Source: Elainellaceae cyanobacterium
GTDB taxonomy: Bacteria > Cyanobacteriota > Cyanobacteriia > CAZCXK01
Reading direction: 5' to 3'
Length of the DNA: 21,089 nt
Assembly: GCA_051117555.1 (NCBI GenBank)
Contig: JBNPEG010000256.1
Coordinates: forward strand, 17,246-38,334
Notes under the pieces: model-generated
What the model was told of the DNA's origin: nothing
Databases searched by the model: none
Seen by the model: only the letters and a program-made list of their open reading frames with translations
Made by a program: the position numbers and the translations under genes
Shown here: positions 8,147 to 18,717 of the stretch, piece by piece
Position numbering within the stretch: position 1 is the first letter of the stretch
Layout of the letters: each line of letters opens with the position of its first letter

Positions 8147-9952
8147 TTATTGCGACTCATCCATCTGGGTGTCCATCCATGCAGCAATGCCATCCGCTAA
8201 GGCATTCGCCAACTGGCGCTGCGAATTTGGATCAGTAATCCATTCAAATTCGACTGGATTAATCATAAATCCTAATTCGAGCAAGACGGATGGTGCTACG
8301 GTGGGGCGGGTCAGCGCCAAATTATTCCAAAACACACCATAGGACGGGCGATCGAGAGTGTCGACTAAATAATTGTGTAAAAACACCGCGAGACTATGGG
8401 CTTGGGGATGATACCAAAATGTCCCAATGCCCGCCGTGTTAACCGCATCTCCGCTGTCCGGCAGCGCATTGTAGTGAATGCTGAGCGCTAAGTCAGGTTC
8501 AAGCTGGTTGATGATGTCAACGCGATCGCTCGGATATAAATCATCATCGCCCTCGCGGGTCATCACAACCGTTGCGCCCCGGTCAATCAGCTCGTCGCGC
8601 AAGAGGGTTGATACGACCAGGTTGACATCCTTCTCAGGATAGCCGGTAGGGCCGCGTGCCCCTAGATCATTCTCGCTGCCATGTCCGGGATCAAGCAGGA
8701 TCGTCATACCTCGTAAAGTCTGTGCCGGTGAGGAAGACGAGACGAGAGAGGGCGGATGGCGCAGGGAAAGAACCAGCGTCGTGCCGTCATAGCGAAGCTG
8801 ATAGCCCCACTGCTGGTCAGTTTTGAGGCGAAATATATAGTCGATGCGGTCGGGAGCAGGCTGAGTCCAATCGAGGCGATCAATCAACGGATCATCATTG
8901 AGCAAGATGGTGTCAGTTTGGGCAGTGGTGTTGTAGAGCGTCAGGGTAAATGTATTGCTACCTTGTTGAACGCTGACGGGAACCGGAACCTGTAGCGGGA
9001 AATAGATGTCGGTTCGGTCATCCGTCTGGAGGGCGCGGACACTGCGAATGAGCGATCGCGGCGGCACTGCTCCAGGGCGCACATCAACCTGAGAGGCCGC
9101 AATCCATGCCCCATAGTCGAGGCGATACCATTCTCCCTCTCTGCCCGTGATTCGGGCTTGCGTAGTCGGCGGAAGGGGGGTGAGGCGTGAATAGTTGGTG
9201 CTAGGCCCCGTGCGGGCAGTACCCGAATCAGCGGTGACTTCAGCAATTTGCATCGAGGTCGGTGCAAGGATAGTGATCGTCCCCGTAGCAGCGTCACGAA
9301 CCGTTTGCCCGTTTAAGGTCAGATGAAACTCTGGACCTCCTAAATTGCCAGGTTCAGCAAATACGGTGCATCCCTGGTATGATTCTGCCACCGATACTGG
9401 AACGGGTTGATTTTGCGAGGTGAGGACGGCAGAATTGGGCGGCAGCGTCACCGAGCTTGACTGAGCCAAGAGCGGAATCGTTTGATCCCCGATCGCTACC
9501 CTGACAGACGCATTGGGAGGTGCGATCGCCTCGAAGCAAATTAGTTCTCCAGGCATGCGGGCCATATCGACAGCGGGCGTTAACGACCCATCTGCAAAAG
9601 CAACGCCAACGGGGGCAGGAGGGGCAGCCGACTGGCGCGTGACACGAAGTTGAAGATCGTGATCCCCGTAGCTCAAGGTGATCACATTTTCACCGAGTTC
9701 TAACGGAACACTTGGCGCAAAATGCCCGGCAGGGCTGCGCTCAATGATGTCTCCATTAACCGTGACCTCACCGTCGGGAGGAGCAGTACCGATTAGAAAA
9801 ATTTGGTCAGAGGTGGTTTCATGACCATCGGGCGGATAGGCAACAAATAAGGGGTGGTCAGCTCTGGCGATCGCTAGCCCCGCCATACTCACCGTGCCAA
9901 TACTCGTACCCAATATCGTCAGCCCGATCGATGTCATTCCCATCGCATTCAC
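8147..9952 (-). CDS. N-acetylmuramoyl-L-alanine amidase (Amidase_3) with SH3-like domain
   Basis: C-terminal ILLDPGHG, EKDVNL, SIHYNA, SVLLELGF. Central ARTGPST...WYRLDYGAWI SH3b-like segment and an N-terminal signal-like region. Start may be a few codons downstream. Confidence 0.93.
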   Translation of the reverse strand: MNAMGMTSIGLTILGTSIGTVSMAGLAIARADHPLFVAYPPDGHETTSDQIFLIGTAPPDGEVTVNGDIIERSPAGHFAPSVPLELGENVITLSYGDHDLQLRVTRQSAAPPAPVGVAFADGSLTPAVDMARMPGELICFEAIAPPNASVRVAIGDQTIPLLAQSSSVTLPPNSAVLTSQNQPVPVSVAESYQGCTVFAEPGNLGGPEFHLTLNGQTVRDAATGTITILAPTSMQIAEVTADSGTARTGPSTNYSRLTPLPPTTQARITGREGEWYRLDYGAWIAASQVDVRPGAVPPRSLIRSVRALQTDDRTDIYFPLQVPVPVSVQQGSNTFTLTLYNTTAQTDTILLNDDPLIDRLDWTQPAPDRIDYIFRLKTDQQWGYQLRYDGTTLVLSLRHPPSLVSSSSPAQTLRGMTILLDPGHGSENDLGARGPTGYPEKDVNLVVSTLLRDELIDRGATVVMTREGDDDLYPSDRVDIINQLEPDLALSIHYNALPDSGDAVNTAGIGTFWYHPQAHSLAVFLHNYLVDTLDRPSYGVFWNNLALTRPTVAPSVLLELGFMINPVEFEWITDPNSQRQLANALADGIAAWMDTQMDESQ

Positions 9953-9963
9953 CCCCCCTATCG

Positions 9964-10056
9964 TGTAGCTTTACGCTCTCGCGTTAGGACGCTGAACGTA
10001 TTGTGAGCCCGCGCCCCGCGCGGGTTCACCAACAAACCTGAGCCCGTAGAGCTGTA
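9964..10056. repeat. TATAGC-ended hairpin element, copy 4 (most complete, 93 bp)
   Basis: Imperfect ~24-bp terminal inverted arms TGTAGCTTTACGCTCTCGCGTTAG / CAAACCTGAGCCCGTAGAGCTGTA. Inner GC stem GTGAGCCCGCGC-CCC-GCGCGGGTTCAC. Confidence 0.9.
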
Positions 10057-10074
10057 TGACCAGTGTAGGAGATT

Positions 10075-11193
10075 CTATGCCTGGTTTACGCCTTGGAGTT
10101 GCTGAGCGCCATTATCGTTGACTTCAACTGCAATGCGATCGCCCACTGGATTATTCAAGTAGGTGACCTGAGTCGGATACGCAAATTCGATGCTGGCCTC
10201 TTCAAACGCTTGCTTTAGCCCAAAATTAATAGCTTGCTGGGCATCCATAAATTGGTTGTAGTCATTGCTATTGACGTAATAGACGATCTCAAAATCAAGA
10301 CTAAAGTCACCGTAGGCAAAGAAATGCGCGCGATCGAAGGTAATAGTTTCGATCGATTCGATAATCGCCTTGACCCTCTGCGGAATCTCTTGCAGTTTGT
10401 CAAAGCCCGTTTCGTATGTCACGCCGATCTGAAATGCAACGCGACGACGTTCCATGCGCTTATAGTTGCGAATTCTAGAACTGGTCAAATCGGTATTGGC
10501 AAGGATGAGTTCTTCCCCGCCAAGACTTCTGAGGCGAGTTGTCTTGATGCCAATATGTTCAACCGTGCCCAAATAGTCACCGAGGATAATGAAGTCGCCA
10601 ATCTCAAACGGGCGATCAAACAAGATTGAAAAATAACTGAATAGATCTTGCAGCAGTCCCTGAGATGCAAGCGCAACGGCAACACCCCCAATGCCAAGCC
10701 CAGCAATCACAGCGGAGATATCAAACCCTAAATTATCGAGCAAAAATACGATGCCGAGTGCCCACACCACTGCTCGAATCGCAGGAACCAGTGCGCTCAA
10801 GCTTTCCTCAAGATTTTCGTCGCGGCGTTTAGTAAACCAATAGACTCGAACCGCATATTCTGCAAGCGCCACCACCAGTCGAATCCCTAAGATAGTGGCT
10901 GCAATAATCACAATTGCATTAAGGGCTCGATCCACAATGGGGTGCAGCACCAAATTGCCAACGCTGACATAAAACGCGCCGAGATAGAGTAGGGGGATCA
11001 GCGCCCGCTCAAAAATTTGAATCAGCGCATCATCTAAATTCGTTGACGTGCGCCGCGCCCAGCGTTTGAGCTGAGCCAGCACAATACTTCGAATAATATT
11101 GACTGCGATAATACCAACGAGCAACATCCCGGCTGCCAGCAAATAATCGGCAACCGTATTCTGAAGAAATTCTCTCTGTAGAATCTCTTGCAT
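10075..11193 (-). CDS. mscS: Small-conductance mechanosensitive channel family protein
   Basis: AGLGIGGVAVALASQ pore helix, DRPFEIGDFI, GTVEHIGIKTT, IEFAYPT. Confidence 0.93.
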   Translation of the reverse strand: MQEILQREFLQNTVADYLLAAGMLLVGIIAVNIIRSIVLAQLKRWARRTSTNLDDALIQIFERALIPLLYLGAFYVSVGNLVLHPIVDRALNAIVIIAATILGIRLVVALAEYAVRVYWFTKRRDENLEESLSALVPAIRAVVWALGIVFLLDNLGFDISAVIAGLGIGGVAVALASQGLLQDLFSYFSILFDRPFEIGDFIILGDYLGTVEHIGIKTTRLRSLGGEELILANTDLTSSRIRNYKRMERRRVAFQIGVTYETGFDKLQEIPQRVKAIIESIETITFDRAHFFAYGDFSLDFEIVYYVNSNDYNQFMDAQQAINFGLKQAFEEASIEFAYPTQVTYLNNPVGDRIAVEVNDNGAQQLQGVNQA

Positions 11194-11571
11194 GATATGA
11201 AACCCTCAGAAACTGACACGATTGGTTGAATCTATAGCAAAATAACTAAAACAAATCATAGTCACACGCAGGTGGATGCTGATTCGTCTCGACCGAATCG
11301 ATGGAACTCCCTGCATATCTCCCCTCGCGCATACCCACGTCTTATGTTCCGTGTTTAAGGCTGCATGTCTCGGTATGAACTGGGTAGAGAACTAACATCG
11401 CGCTTCATCCTAGTCGGGCGATCGCCCCTGTGTGATCCACCGCAAGGCAGTTTTTTTAGTTTTACTTAGTTTTTCAGCCATTTGGACAGAGATCAGCACA
11501 ACATTACTGATGCAACACTCAACGGTGAACCCCTGTGGCAAAATGAATGGGTTATGAGCACAGTTTGATAG

Positions 11572-13239
<1,668 letters not shown>

Positions 13240-13271
13240 CACGTCGTCTTGATTGGTTATTTCTACAGATT

Positions 13272-14156
13272 ATGCTGATCCACCGATTTTCAAGCTTGGG
13301 ATTCATGCTGACGGCAGGGCTGCTCTTGAATGGATGTGCGTCTCAACCGAGTGATCCGATTGGCAAGCTTACCATCGGTATCGTCAGCTATGATTCTGGA
13401 GAACGCACCGTCGAGCAGTATCAGCAGTTTAAGGACTATTTAGCTCGGCAAACTCAGGCTGTCGTTGAGCTTGAACCGGCCTTCAATGAGCTGCAAGCCG
13501 TTGAGCAGATTCAAAAGCAAAATGAATGGTCGATTGTGTTTGCACCACCGGGTTTGGCGGCGATCGCCATTTCAGAAGCGCAATATGTTCCTATCTTCCC
13601 GATTCAAGGCATTCCTAATTTGCGATCGGTGCTAGTGGTGGAAGAGGACAGCGAGATTGAGTCAATCGGGGATTTAGCCAACACGGTGATTGCGCTGGGC
13701 GAACCTGGCTCGGCAACCGGATATTATTTGCCGCTCTATGATCTCTATGGGCTAACGCTGCAAGAGGTTCGATTTGCCCCCACCCCCCGTACCGTCTTAG
13801 AGTGGATTAGTGCCGGGGAAGTGGTGGCTGGGGCAATCGCCGAACCTGAATTTCAGCGATATGAAAATGAATTTCCGGACACCGATTTTCGCATTCTTCA
13901 TACCAGTCGTGTGGTGCCTATCGGGGCTGTCCTAGTCGGCCCCACTGTAGATCGAAACCAGCAGCAACAAATTGAGACGGCGATGCAGGAAGCACCGTCT
14001 AATATTGTAGGCGACGCGGGCTATATTCCCAATTATGACGTTCCTAATTATGATCAATTCATTCAGCTTGTCGAAAAAGTCAGACCCCTCGAAGCGCAAA
14101 TTCTTCAACAGCCTGCTGTATTAACCCTGCCAGCGGAGTCTGACGACGCAGAGTAA
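13272..14156 (+). CDS. PhnD/phosphate-phosphonate-type substrate-binding lipoprotein (orphan)
   Basis: Lipobox LLNGC. RSVLVVEEDS...DLANTVIALGEPGSATGYYLP resembles the PhnD-family core. No permease or ATPase adjacent. Confidence 0.8.
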   Translation: MLIHRFSSLGFMLTAGLLLNGCASQPSDPIGKLTIGIVSYDSGERTVEQYQQFKDYLARQTQAVVELEPAFNELQAVEQIQKQNEWSIVFAPPGLAAIAISEAQYVPIFPIQGIPNLRSVLVVEEDSEIESIGDLANTVIALGEPGSATGYYLPLYDLYGLTLQEVRFAPTPRTVLEWISAGEVVAGAIAEPEFQRYENEFPDTDFRILHTSRVVPIGAVLVGPTVDRNQQQQIETAMQEAPSNIVGDAGYIPNYDVPNYDQFIQLVEKVRPLEAQILQQPAVLTLPAESDDAE

Positions 14157-14233
14157 GCATTGCCCTTGCACCCACATTGGCGATCGCCTGCCCGGTATTT
14201 CGGTGTACCAGTTCAGCACATTGGACGGCTACT

Positions 14234-16348
14234 ATGAACCCTGGATCATCGCCACCTACTCAACGGCATCATTCTCTAGCTGCCATTGTCGTTACGGATG
14301 GTGCTGAATTTAGCGAGTCTCTGGTTGGTGATCCAGGATCTAATCTGACGGCAATTCGGGAGGACCTGCAATCCCTTGCCAATACGGTATGCAATCGCTT
14401 TGGGGGACAGTTGTTCCAGACGAGCGATCGCGGCGTGTTGATGTATTTTACGAGTGCAGTTCAAGCCGTCACGTGCGCCATTAATATTCAAAAAGACCTG
14501 ACCCAAATGACGGTCAACATTCCGCCAGATTCGCTGATTGCGCCTCGTATCGGCATTCACCTGGGCGATGTTGTCTTTAGCGCGACCGATCTTGTTGGAG
14601 AAGGGGTGACCATCGCAAATCGACTATTAGCGGAGGCGTCGCCTGGAGGCATTTGCATTTCTAAAACGGTCTATGATGTCGTCAAGGCGCGACTCAATCT
14701 CAAAGCGGTTTTCATGGGATCAATTGATGTGGATGCATCGCAAGAAACTGTGCAAGCCTACGAAATTTTTCCGGTGATGTCTACCCCTGCATTAGGCAAT
14801 CCAGTCTCTAGCGGTGGGGCGATCGCCCCAGAAACGCTCATTAACAATCGCTATCGGGTGCGCCAAGTGCTAGGGCGGGGCGGCTTCGGACAGACCTATC
14901 TTGCTCACGACACCTATCGCTTCGACGACTTATGCGTTTTAAAGGAATTTGTGCCCCTAACTAAAACGCTGCAACTCGTTGAAAAATCTCGCAAGCTCTT
15001 TGAGCAGGAAGCTCGCGTTCTTTACCAAATTAATCATCCTCAAATCCCCAAATTTTTAGCCTGGTTTACCGAAAATGAGCGATTACTGATTGTTCAAGAA
15101 TACATTGACGGCAAAACCTATTCAGACTTGGTGCGCGATCGCCAGGCTGCCGGTACTCCCTTCTCAGAAGCAGAGGTGATCGAATGGCTCTGGGATCTTC
15201 TGCCCGTTTTAGACTACATTCACGGGATGAATATCGTCCATCGAGACATTTCTCCCGAAAACATCATGTTGCCAAACGGTCAATCTAAGCCGGTCTTGAT
15301 TGATTTTGGCGTCGTCAAGCAGGTCGTGACTCAAATCTGGACTGGGCATGGCGCTCAAGCATCGGGTGGACAAGCATCGGTGGTCGGCAAATTTGGCTAT
15401 GCCCCTCCCGAACAAATGCGCTTAGGTCAATGCTTTCCCTGTAGTGATTTATATGCCCTAGGCATTACGGCAACGGTGTTGCTGACCGCTCAGAAGCCTA
15501 GCCCTGTTCCCGATCCGGTTCCTCTCGATTGGCGACGATTTTGCCACGCCCCCGTGAGCGATCGCTTCGGTCAACTGGTAGACAAAATGCTGGCAGAACG
15601 TCCCAAAGATCGATATCAAAATGCTCGACAGGTGATTGCCGATTTAGAACCCATCCGCGCATCCATGCGGTGGCCTGGTTCGTCGATTTTAGACAAATCC
15701 CCGTTCGAGTCGTCTGACTATCTGCCCAACGCTTCTCTCCAATCGCCCCATCCGTCTGTATCTCGTTCGGCTGCCCCGTCGCCACCCGGTTTACCCCCGC
15801 CCCCCCCGCCCCCTGCCCCATCTGTGGTAGAGCCAGTTCAACCTCCGACTTCCTCCATTACCCCTGACGTTTTAGCCCATTGTCAGCGAGAATTGAGTCG
15901 CTATATTGGGCCAATGGCAGCGTTTGTGGTCGAAGATGTGGTTGCTCAAAAGCCACGCAGCATCGACCAGTTGATTGAGGCACTCGCACGCGAAATTCCG
16001 GATCTCCACATCGCTGAAGACTTTAAGCAATCTCTCAGCCCTAAACGCTACGCGTCACCTCCTCCTCGCCAAAATGCCCCAACTCCAGTGCCCTCGCCAT
16101 CGCCAGCGTCCCCACCATCGTCAAGGCGATCGCCCAACAATCCGGCTATCCTCAACCCAGATTTTATTGAGCGCTGCCAGCAAGAACTGACCCACTGTGT
16201 GGGACCCGTCGCTCAGTTTATTATCGATGACCTGCTATCAGACGACCCCAATCTCAGCCCAGCCCAGCTTGTTGAGGCGATCGCGGCTGAAATTCCGAGT
16301 CCTCAGCAAGCTGAAACGTTTCGGCAGCGTTTAATCCAATCCATGTGA
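14234..16348 (+). CDS. Degenerate class III cyclase domain + Ser/Thr kinase + two C-terminal repeats
   Basis: RIGIHLGDV cyclase core. Kinase motifs GRGGFG, VLKE, HRDISPEN, DFG, YAPPEQ, SDLYALG. Pro-rich linkers and two CQxEL..GPxA..EIP repeats. ATG 14234 chosen by alignment with the paralog. Confidence 0.9.
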   Translation: MNPGSSPPTQRHHSLAAIVVTDGAEFSESLVGDPGSNLTAIREDLQSLANTVCNRFGGQLFQTSDRGVLMYFTSAVQAVTCAINIQKDLTQMTVNIPPDSLIAPRIGIHLGDVVFSATDLVGEGVTIANRLLAEASPGGICISKTVYDVVKARLNLKAVFMGSIDVDASQETVQAYEIFPVMSTPALGNPVSSGGAIAPETLINNRYRVRQVLGRGGFGQTYLAHDTYRFDDLCVLKEFVPLTKTLQLVEKSRKLFEQEARVLYQINHPQIPKFLAWFTENERLLIVQEYIDGKTYSDLVRDRQAAGTPFSEAEVIEWLWDLLPVLDYIHGMNIVHRDISPENIMLPNGQSKPVLIDFGVVKQVVTQIWTGHGAQASGGQASVVGKFGYAPPEQMRLGQCFPCSDLYALGITATVLLTAQKPSPVPDPVPLDWRRFCHAPVSDRFGQLVDKMLAERPKDRYQNARQVIADLEPIRASMRWPGSSILDKSPFESSDYLPNASLQSPHPSVSRSAAPSPPGLPPPPPPPAPSVVEPVQPPTSSITPDVLAHCQRELSRYIGPMAAFVVEDVVAQKPRSIDQLIEALAREIPDLHIAEDFKQSLSPKRYASPPPRQNAPTPVPSPSPASPPSSRRSPNNPAILNPDFIERCQQELTHCVGPVAQFIIDDLLSDDPNLSPAQLVEAIAAEIPSPQQAETFRQRLIQSM

Positions 16349-16353
16349 GTAAA

Positions 16354-16460
16354 ATTGAGATAGCTACATCACTCTTTCAAACAATCTCCGAATCGACAGC
16401 CCCCGATCTACTGTCCGGATATAGGATCGGTTCGGTTGAAAAGATTAGCTATCCCTCAAT
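16354..16460. other. Long nested imperfect inverted repeat between the two kinase genes
   Basis: Collinear pairings ATTGAG/CTCAAT, GATAGCTA/TAGCTATC, TTTCAA/TTGAAA, CCGAA/TTCGG, CCGATC/GATCGG. Confidence 0.6.
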
Positions 16461-16490
16461 GGGGTCAGGGTGTCGGTAGACTTGGTATGA

Positions 16491-18716
16491 ATGAACGCCA
16501 TCGCGCACCTGCCTACTGCGTCACTCTTTCCTGGCACCATGGAACACTCTATTCCGCCTTATTCAATTCGAAATCAGAGCACGTTAGCTGCGATCGTCAT
16601 TACCGATGGAGTCGCATTTAGTGCTCGCATGGCAAGCGATGAAGAACACACCCTATCGCTCATTCATCGCGATCTTAAGCTGATGCGCGAACTCTGCATC
16701 CGATTTGAAGGTCAGGTTTTAAAGTCAACTGGGGATGGCTTACTCATGTATTTTACGAGCGCAATTCAAGCCGTTTCCTGCGCTCTTGAGATTCAAAAAA
16801 CCCTGATCAAACTGGCGTCTCACACCTCGCCGCACAATGTGCTTGTGCATCGAATTGGCATTCATTTGGGTGATGTGTTTTTGAGCGAAGCGGATGTCAT
16901 GGGCAACGGGGTCAATATTGCGGCACGTCTGCAAACTGAAGCAGCTCCTTGGGGACTCTGTATGTCTCAGACGATTTATGATGTAGTCAAAACTCGTCTT
17001 GACGTTGATGCAACCTATCTAGGACCATTACACCTCAAAAATATTCAAGAAACAGTTCCGGCATATCAGGTATTACCGTCATCTACGATTCCTAAGATGG
17101 CGGTAGAGCTGTCTACTCATTCAGAATCGAGTCCAGAAACCTTGATTAATCATCGCTATCGAATCGAAAAGATCTTAGGTCGTGGCGGATTTGGAGTTAC
17201 CTATCTTGCCTCCGATACTCAGCGTTTTGACGACCTCTGCGTGCTCAAAGAATTTTTTCCCACCAGCAAAACCGAATACGTCGTTCAAAAAGCTCGCAAC
17301 CTGTTTGAGCGGGAAGCCAAAACTCTATATCAAATTAATCACCCACAAATTCCTAAATTTTTAGCCTGGTTTACTGATTCAGGACGGCTTTTTATCGTCC
17401 AGGAATATATCAACGGCAAGACGTATTCAAGTTTGCTCAAAGAGCGGAAACAGAAGGGTCGGCTATTTTCTGAAGCGGAAGTCGTTCTATGGTTGAAAAA
17501 TCTCCTGCCCGTTTTGGACTATTTGCATACTCTCAATATCGTGCATCGGGATATTTCGCCAGACAATATTATGTTGCCTCATGGTCGCTCAGCGCCCATG
17601 CTGATTGACTTTGGGCTGGTTAAACAAACTGTTGTAGAAATGTGGGCGATTGATTCTCAAGTTGATACGCTGGTCGGGCAAGCGTCATTTGTGGGGAAGA
17701 TGGGCTATGCACCGCCTGAGCAAATCCGCATGGGGCAGTGTTTTCCGTGTAGTGACCTCTATGCGCTTGGCGTGACTGCTGTGGTGTTTCTCACTGGCAA
17801 AGAGCCAGGACTTTTGATGGATCAGGGCTCTTTAGAATGGCGATGGCAGGCTCATGCCGATGTCAGCAACCCACTAGCTCAGATCCTCAATATTCTGCTC
17901 GCTGAGAAACCAAAGGATCGATATCAGACTGCGCGCGAGGTTATTGCAGATCTGGAACAGATGGAGACATCAGCGGCATACTACTCTGCTGCAACGTTTG
18001 GCTCAACTCGTTACTCGTCCCAGGATATATCTGCCACAGAAGCTACGAATCCTAGTACTAGGGTCGGCGTTTCGGTGTCTGATCCCCCGTCTCAGTCTCA
18101 TGGAGACATGCGGGTGATCACCCCCGGTCATCCTCTGGTTGAGCGATGTCAGCAAGAGCTTGCGCGGTGTATTGGTCCGATGGCAAGCTGTATTCTCAAT
18201 GATGTGTTGACTCTCAGAGCCCCGATGACGGCGCGTCGGTTTGTTGAGGTAGTCGCTGGCGAAATTCCTAACTCGCGGCAAGCTCAGGAATTTAAGACGG
18301 CGATATTCTCAGATTTGAATGCTCCACGTGATGGTTTACCCTCGAGTGGGCGATCGCCCGTATCTCATTCGCCTACCATTTACCCACCCGTACTTCAATC
18401 GCCCTTGCCAGATTCATCGACATCTGAGCTGTTGTCTTCTGCGGTATCGCCTTCCAATCAGGCGTCGTCTGACGTCTCTACTAACCGCGTTTTGTCTCCC
18501 GTCTCTCAGCCCGCACGACTCAATCTCGCATTCATCAACCGCTGTCAGCATGAACTTGCTCGCAGTATTGGCCCTATGGCTAGTTTTATAGTTGATGATG
18601 TGTTAGCGCGATTTCCCGATGCAACGCCTCAAGAATTTATTCAGGCGATCGCCACCGAAATTCCCGATTCAAAACAGTCCCGAGAGTTTCAAAATCGACT
18701 ACTTGATGGAATTTGA
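16491..18716 (+). CDS. Adenylate-cyclase-type class III domain + Ser/Thr kinase + two C-terminal repeats
   Basis: Cyclase motifs intact: ITD, LKSTGDG, RIGIHLGD, DVMGNGVNIAARL, LKN. Kinase motifs GRGGFG, HRDISPDN, DFG, YAPPEQ. Alternative start ATG 16539 aligns better with the paralog. Confidence 0.92.
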   Translation: MNAIAHLPTASLFPGTMEHSIPPYSIRNQSTLAAIVITDGVAFSARMASDEEHTLSLIHRDLKLMRELCIRFEGQVLKSTGDGLLMYFTSAIQAVSCALEIQKTLIKLASHTSPHNVLVHRIGIHLGDVFLSEADVMGNGVNIAARLQTEAAPWGLCMSQTIYDVVKTRLDVDATYLGPLHLKNIQETVPAYQVLPSSTIPKMAVELSTHSESSPETLINHRYRIEKILGRGGFGVTYLASDTQRFDDLCVLKEFFPTSKTEYVVQKARNLFEREAKTLYQINHPQIPKFLAWFTDSGRLFIVQEYINGKTYSSLLKERKQKGRLFSEAEVVLWLKNLLPVLDYLHTLNIVHRDISPDNIMLPHGRSAPMLIDFGLVKQTVVEMWAIDSQVDTLVGQASFVGKMGYAPPEQIRMGQCFPCSDLYALGVTAVVFLTGKEPGLLMDQGSLEWRWQAHADVSNPLAQILNILLAEKPKDRYQTAREVIADLEQMETSAAYYSAATFGSTRYSSQDISATEATNPSTRVGVSVSDPPSQSHGDMRVITPGHPLVERCQQELARCIGPMASCILNDVLTLRAPMTARRFVEVVAGEIPNSRQAQEFKTAIFSDLNAPRDGLPSSGRSPVSHSPTIYPPVLQSPLPDSSTSELLSSAVSPSNQASSDVSTNRVLSPVSQPARLNLAFINRCQHELARSIGPMASFIVDDVLARFPDATPQEFIQAIATEIPDSKQSREFQNRLLDGI

Positions 18717-18717
18717 G

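Noticed and set aside
15794..15820. C-rich run (C8 at 15800-15807) as a phase-variation tract
   Set aside because: Explained by poly-Pro codons in a linker; the frame is intact.
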